NCBI GenBank assembly: GCA_964452145.1
Contig: CAYVLA010000012.1
Location: 1 to 50,798, forward strand
Origin: Candidatus Hadarchaeota archaeon
Lineage (GTDB): Archaea; CAYQAE01; CAYVLA01
Direction of reading: 5' to 3'
DNA length: 50,798 nt
The notes below the pieces were generated by a model that worked only from the letters and a program-made list of their open reading frames with translations, had not been told where the DNA came from and did no database searches. Shown piece after piece: positions 46,689-50,798 of this stretch; the stretch's first letter is position 1; every line of letters starts with the position of its first letter. Position numbers and translations under genes: made by a program.

Positions 46689-49061
46689 CTAGGAACTCTG
46701 AACCCAGAAGGCATGCACGAAGGGACGGGCCAGTATCTTGACCCCTCCTCCGAACCGGTCGTAGACATAGACCGTGGCGTTGTACTTCGTGGTGCTGGAG
46801 ATCGGCATGCCGAGGCGCCATCCCACCCAGAATGTGTACTCCTGCCCCGCTGCGAGGGTCACCTCGCTGCCGGCGTGGAAGTAGCAGGAAAGCGGTGCAC
46901 CCGTGGCGTCGACCACGTCCACCAGCGGTAGGATTGTGACCGGGACGCTGTACTGATTCGTGAGGACCACCTTCAGGTTCATCACGTCGCCCTCGGTGAA
47001 GTTGCTTGTGGCGGAGTAGGTCGTCAGATTGACCCTGGTCCAGCTCGTCACGGAGTTGACCAGTATCGGATACTTCACCTCCACGTTCTTGGTCAGGCGG
47101 TTGTTCAGCTTGTCCGACTCCTCGGTGATGTTGGCACTCTGGGCGGCTGAGACGAGCACGAAGGTTCCCTCACCAGCCAGGCTCGGGTTGGATCTGTCCC
47201 ATCGGAAGGTCACGTTGAACGCTTGGCCCGGGTCAAGGCTGAAGACTCTGGGCGTGAGGTTGCTGCACAGGATGCCGTTGATGGTCAGGTTCGAGCTTAT
47301 CGCGGTCTCCCTGAAGGCCCCGAGGTTCCTGAACTCGCACACGACCGGGGGGACGTAGTTGGGGTTGAGCTGGCTGGCGATGTGTATGGCATAGGCGGCG
47401 ATGTCGTGCTGGGGCTGGGTCACGTTGGCTGTGGCGGTGAGGTTGAGCCTTGGTTCGTCGGGGTCGTTCGTGGTGATGATCACGAATCCCGTCTGGATCC
47501 CGGTCTGGGAGGTGTCGAAGGTTGCCCGGAAGCCCTTGGAGGTGCCGGGGTTGATGGAGAAGGAGGAGGTGTCGTTTATGACTATCCTCGTCTGGCCGGT
47601 GCAGGTGCCGGTCAGGGCTACCTTGCCGTGGTTGGTGATCGTGAAGTCCTTGTACACGACGCTGCCCCTGCTCACATTCCCGTAGCTCCAGTTGTAGTTG
47701 TTGATGGCGATGTCGGGGTCGACCCCGTACAGGTCGGAGCCGAAGACGCCGGAGCGCCGGAAATCGTTCTTGAGGGTCATCCAGCCCTTCTGGGTGCTGG
47801 GCGTGGTTGTGACGATCCGGTAAAGCCCGGAGTTGGATGAGGAGGTCATGAAGTAGAGGATATCCAGGGATCCATCGTTATTTGAGTCGAAGACCACCGG
47901 GGAATTGCCAAGGTTGGACCAGCCCGTGCCGACGGATTGTTCATAAGGCGGACTCGACCACGAGAGCACGCGGAGGTGGGAGTCAACCACGATGATCTCG
48001 GGTATGCCATCGCCGTCTGTATCGGCCGCCACGGGTGTGGCGATGCGTTTCGATCCTGCAGAGGGGGATGCCGGCCAACTCTTGACGGTGCCCCTCCAGT
48101 CGATGGCGACCACGGAGGTTCCGATCCCTGACACGATGACCTCGAGGTACTTGTCGTTGTTCACGTCGGCCGCTATCGGAGATGCCTCCACGCTCAGCCC
48201 TGTGGAGATGGTCTTCTTGATTGCCCCGGTGGATCCGTCTAGGTAGCAGACGCGCCCGTCGTCGGTCACGACGACGACCTCCATCCGCCCGTCGGCGTCA
48301 AAGTCCCCCATGATCGGGGAGGTCTTCGCCGCGGTCGCTGGAAGGGTGGTCTGCCAGTCTATGGTCCCGGTCGGAGAGACGCAGTAGACGACCTTGTTCG
48401 CCGAGCCCACGGCCACGATCTCGGGCTGCCCGTCGTTGTCGACATCGCCCACGACCGGGGCCGCGAAGACCTTGGTTATGGTGGCGAGCGCGACGGACTT
48501 GTTGATCGTGCCGTCCGCGGCGTTGATGATTAGCAGCTCGTCTGTTCCGGTGTGTCGATACCGGCCCAGTATTACCTTGGGCCTTCCGTCGCCGTAGAGA
48601 TCGTAAAGAGCAGGACATCCTAGCTGATCGGTGGTCTCGAAAGCCCTGTTCCACACCTGGGTTCGATTCCTGTACATGCAGCGAAGATTGTTCGCCGGGG
48701 TCACGGTGATTATTTCCTTGGTGCTATCCCCCGCCACGTCGACGGCCACCGAGCCGTACATCTCGCCCGCTATCCAGTTTGTGCCCTCATCCCTGAGATA
48801 GGTCGCCGTCGAGGCATCGAAGATGTAGTAGGTTACCGACGCTTGGACTCCGGTCTCCATGGCCATTCGGAAGTCGATCTCGGTTCGCCCAATGATGACG
48901 GTCGGGTTTCCACCCGGGCCTCCTCCGGACTGTATCGACCATTGGTAGACCTGGGATGGCAGCGGCAGAGCCGCTCCGGGCCTGATCAGCGTCGGGGGAA
49001 GCACCCCCGCCAGGCACAGAGACACCACGAGCAAGGCTACTAGCGATGATCTGGCTTTCAT
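46689..49061 (-). CDS. Secreted FG-GAP seven-bladed beta-propeller protein with Ig-like/CARDB domains
   Basis: Start MKARSS plus signal peptide; seven D-x-x-x-D-x-x-x-[EDK]-[IV] repeats closed by WMTLKNDFRRSG; TNDPDEP Ig domain; CARDB-like EESDKLNN. No TM anchor. Confidence 0.87.
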   Translation of the reverse strand: MKARSSLVALLVVSLCLAGVLPPTLIRPGAALPLPSQVYQWSIQSGGGPGGNPTVIIGRTEIDFRMAMETGVQASVTYYIFDASTATYLRDEGTNWIAGEMYGSVAVDVAGDSTKEIITVTPANNLRCMYRNRTQVWNRAFETTDQLGCPALYDLYGDGRPKVILGRYRHTGTDELLIINAADGTINKSVALATITKVFAAPVVGDVDNDGQPEIVAVGSANKVVYCVSPTGTIDWQTTLPATAAKTSPIMGDFDADGRMEVVVVTDDGRVCYLDGSTGAIKKTISTGLSVEASPIAADVNNDKYLEVIVSGIGTSVVAIDWRGTVKSWPASPSAGSKRIATPVAADTDGDGIPEIIVVDSHLRVLSWSSPPYEQSVGTGWSNLGNSPVVFDSNNDGSLDILYFMTSSSNSGLYRIVTTTPSTQKGWMTLKNDFRRSGVFGSDLYGVDPDIAINNYNWSYGNVSRGSVVYKDFTITNHGKVALTGTCTGQTRIVINDTSSFSINPGTSKGFRATFDTSQTGIQTGFVIITTNDPDEPRLNLTATANVTQPQHDIAAYAIHIASQLNPNYVPPVVCEFRNLGAFRETAISSNLTINGILCSNLTPRVFSLDPGQAFNVTFRWDRSNPSLAGEGTFVLVSAAQSANITEESDKLNNRLTKNVEVKYPILVNSVTSWTRVNLTTYSATSNFTEGDVMNLKVVLTNQYSVPVTILPLVDVVDATGAPLSCYFHAGSEVTLAAGQEYTFWVGWRLGMPISSTTKYNATVYVYDRFGGGVKILARPFVHAFWVQSS

Positions 49062-49134
49062 GCGGTCACTTCCAAGCGACCCCAGACTGGCGAACCTCGA
49101 ATCAGCTAGGGGCTTGTGCAGACGCCGGCTTCCA

Positions 49135-49153
49135 CCAATTATATATGTTTTGC
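49135..49153 (-). promoter_or_regulatory. Probable BRE/TATA promoter for the FG-GAP/adhesin operon
   Basis: Minus strand reads GCAAAACATATATAATT, an AT island in GC-rich DNA about 80 nt upstream of ATG 49061. Confidence 0.5.
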
Positions 49154-49286
49154 CCGGGTGCCAGCCGGGTGCCAGTGCCAGTGCCCGGGTGCGGCGCGGC
49201 TGGGCGAAGGAAGGTCGATGCGGTGAGACAAGAACCACCGCTTCGCGCTGCCCCCTGGAAAGGCTTAGAGATCGCCGCGCTTCTTC

Positions 49287-49426
49287 GGTGCCTGCCTAGT
49301 GTGGTGGTGTATCCAACGGATCTATACTTATCCCGACACCGTTCAAAGGGGAGAAGCGTGCATACCTCCCGGAACCCCTAGGGACATAGGTACAGAGACT
49401 TAGCATACACCACACTAGCATGCACC
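49287..49426. repeat. 140-nt element bounded by imperfect inverted repeats (structured RNA or MITE-like)
   Basis: GGTGCCTGCCTAGTGTGGTGGTGTAT (49287-49312) pairs with ATACACCACACTAGCATGCACC (49405-49426), with an 11-bp perfect core CTAGTGTGGTG. Confidence 0.55.
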
Positions 49427-49479
49427 TCGGTGAATCCCCAGTATCGTGGTGGAGCCCTTGAATCGGAGTGCTCATCGGT

Positions 49480-49554
49480 CGAAAAATTTATATAGATACC
49501 TCGTTCGTGGTAGATCGACTTCTTTTTCTAGGAAACGTGCGGAAAATTGGAGGA
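49480..49554 (+). promoter_or_regulatory. Consensus archaeal promoter (BRE + TATA) and Shine-Dalgarno for the putative S-layer gene
   Basis: CGAAAAATTTATATA at 49480-49494 and GGAGG at 49549-49553 ahead of ATG 49562. Confidence 0.8.
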
Positions 49555-49561
49555 TAAAAAT

Positions 49562-50798
49562 ATGCAAAGAAAGGGACTTTCAGCAGCAACAATCGGAATA
49601 GTTCTAGCGATTATGCTTGCAGCAATCGGTCCAGCTGTTGCTCAGGTCCCCCTGCCTCCCAACTATCAGCTGGTCGAATACGCCTGGCTGAAGGAGGACG
49701 GCGTGGGACCGGCGACCTGGAAGCAGTACAACAACACGGGATGGAACAGACTCAACCTCAGCTACAGGTTCTCGAAGGTGAACATAGCCTACGTCGTGAG
49801 GAGTGCCGCAACCGCCGACTCCTTCACGGTGACCTTCATAGTCTACCGCAACGGCACCACGGGCAACTACTTCAACAAGACGGGCCACCTCTTCGGTGAC
49901 GTCACAGACCCAGGCTTCTTGGTGTTGAACAGGACCGTTCCCGCGGTCTCGACCCAGACGGCAGGTCTGTACACGTATCACCTGTTCATAACGACCTACG
50001 ACCCAGCGGGAGTATCCACGATCTACCAGGTCAGGATCAACGAGACCGGTCCAGGATCGGGCTCGTCCTACACCTCGCCCAACGGCAACCCGAACGTCCA
50101 GTGGATGTTCTTCTTCGTTCCCACGGTAACCGCCGCTGTGAACGTGAGGGACCAGCTCGACAGGCCACAGCCCTTCTACCTAGACGGCCCATCGCCGTCC
50201 ACGCAGTTCAACGCATCGATGGTCATTGCGCCGCCCGGCAATTCGACGGGCGCCACCACTGCCACGGTGCAGTGGCTCAACCCGGCCGGCGGCGTGATCC
50301 AGACCCGATCGGTGCCGATCTACTACGTGCCTGGACAGGGCTGGGCAGCCAAGAACGTCATCGCAGCCAACACCACAGCATTCCCGTTCAACGCCACGCA
50401 CCCCTACGCCGTCAGGATCACGATGGGCTACTTCGTCGCCTCTGCCAACTTCTACGTGCTGTCCACTCAATGGATCCAAGTGAGCATTGATGTGACGCCG
50501 ATCAAGGGGCAGTGGTTCGACCCCAGCAGCTTCAAGGTGACCTTCACAGCGCAGGTGAACACCGGCGTTGCCCACAACCCGTACCAGGATGTCTGGAACG
50601 TGACGCTCCAGTTCTGGGACAACGTCCACTACGACCTGGTTGCGCCTTGGGGCGTGCCGGAGTGGACCAGGGGCGGAATGCTAGCCAACCTGAGCTGGAA
50701 CATCACCGGATATCCTGTGATAGCGGGCAGCAGCTACACCTATACCTACACCGTAATGATACCCACGAGGTGGATCGACAACACAACTGACCGCCTGG
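49562..50798 (+). CDS. Probable major S-layer / cell-surface glycoprotein (partial; runs off the right edge)
   Basis: Not in the ORF track; open for 412 codons to the window end. Signal peptide MQRKGLSAATIGIVLAIMLAAIGPAVA; 14 N-x-S/T sequons counted; strongly C-ending codons; consensus promoter and SD. Confidence 0.78.
   Translation, partial: MQRKGLSAATIGIVLAIMLAAIGPAVAQVPLPPNYQLVEYAWLKEDGVGPATWKQYNNTGWNRLNLSYRFSKVNIAYVVRSAATADSFTVTFIVYRNGTTGNYFNKTGHLFGDVTDPGFLVLNRTVPAVSTQTAGLYTYHLFITTYDPAGVSTIYQVRINETGPGSGSSYTSPNGNPNVQWMFFFVPTVTAAVNVRDQLDRPQPFYLDGPSPSTQFNASMVIAPPGNSTGATTATVQWLNPAGGVIQTRSVPIYYVPGQGWAAKNVIAANTTAFPFNATHPYAVRITMGYFVASANFYVLSTQWIQVSIDVTPIKGQWFDPSSFKVTFTAQVNTGVAHNPYQDVWNVTLQFWDNVHYDLVAPWGVPEWTRGGMLANLSWNITGYPVIAGSSYTYTYTVMIPTRWIDNTTDRL

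Noticed and set aside
151..50790. Numerous long antisense or alternate-frame ORFs in the track (e.g. 2919-4001, 5463-6338, 20536-21327, 23388-24377, 42825-43907, 45742-46821)
   Set aside because: They are shadows of well-supported genes in GC-rich DNA, with R/G/P-biased or antisense-typical composition and no motifs.
1..50798. CRISPR arrays, tRNA or rRNA genes, cas/defence or viral hallmark genes
   Set aside because: No regularly spaced direct repeats, no intergenic cloverleaf with T-loop consensus, no rRNA-like stretch and no such protein motifs were seen by eye.

Overview
This GC-rich archaeal chromosomal window (about 60% GC by eye) has a Euryarchaeota-like gene order, TATA/BRE-type promoters and GGAGG/GGTG Shine-Dalgarno motifs. 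The left part (1-12.5 kb) is housekeeping: top6B (partial), a KH-domain rRNA-processing protein, two glycosylation genes and the conserved dtdA-ftsZ-secE-spt5-rpl11-rpl1-rpl10-rpl12-alaS cluster. The middle (12.5-34.7 kb) is mixed. It holds a creatininase-family gene, two paralogous membrane-anchored GATase-like proteins plus a fossil third copy, a GH38 alpha-mannosidase, an MscS channel fused to a ParB/Srx-type domain, an RCK-DHH phosphoesterase, leuS, a decayed IS607 transposase, a GfcR-like regulator coupled to pgk, an FGGY kinase, an HTH-CBS protein overlapping purP, a HemK-like methyltransferase and a DUF89 phosphatase. The right part (34.7-50.8 kb) is a cell-surface locus: four large secreted or anchored Ig-rich proteins lie divergent from a probable major S-layer glycoprotein gene (49562-end) that the ORF track misses. 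Two observations stand out. (1) The putative S-layer protein's first three domains reappear, split across two neighbouring accessory proteins that carry extra modules. (2) The MscS-ParB fusion suggests a nucleotide-regulated mechanosensitive channel. No tRNA, rRNA or CRISPR array was seen. All family assignments come from motif recognition by eye; no database searches were run.
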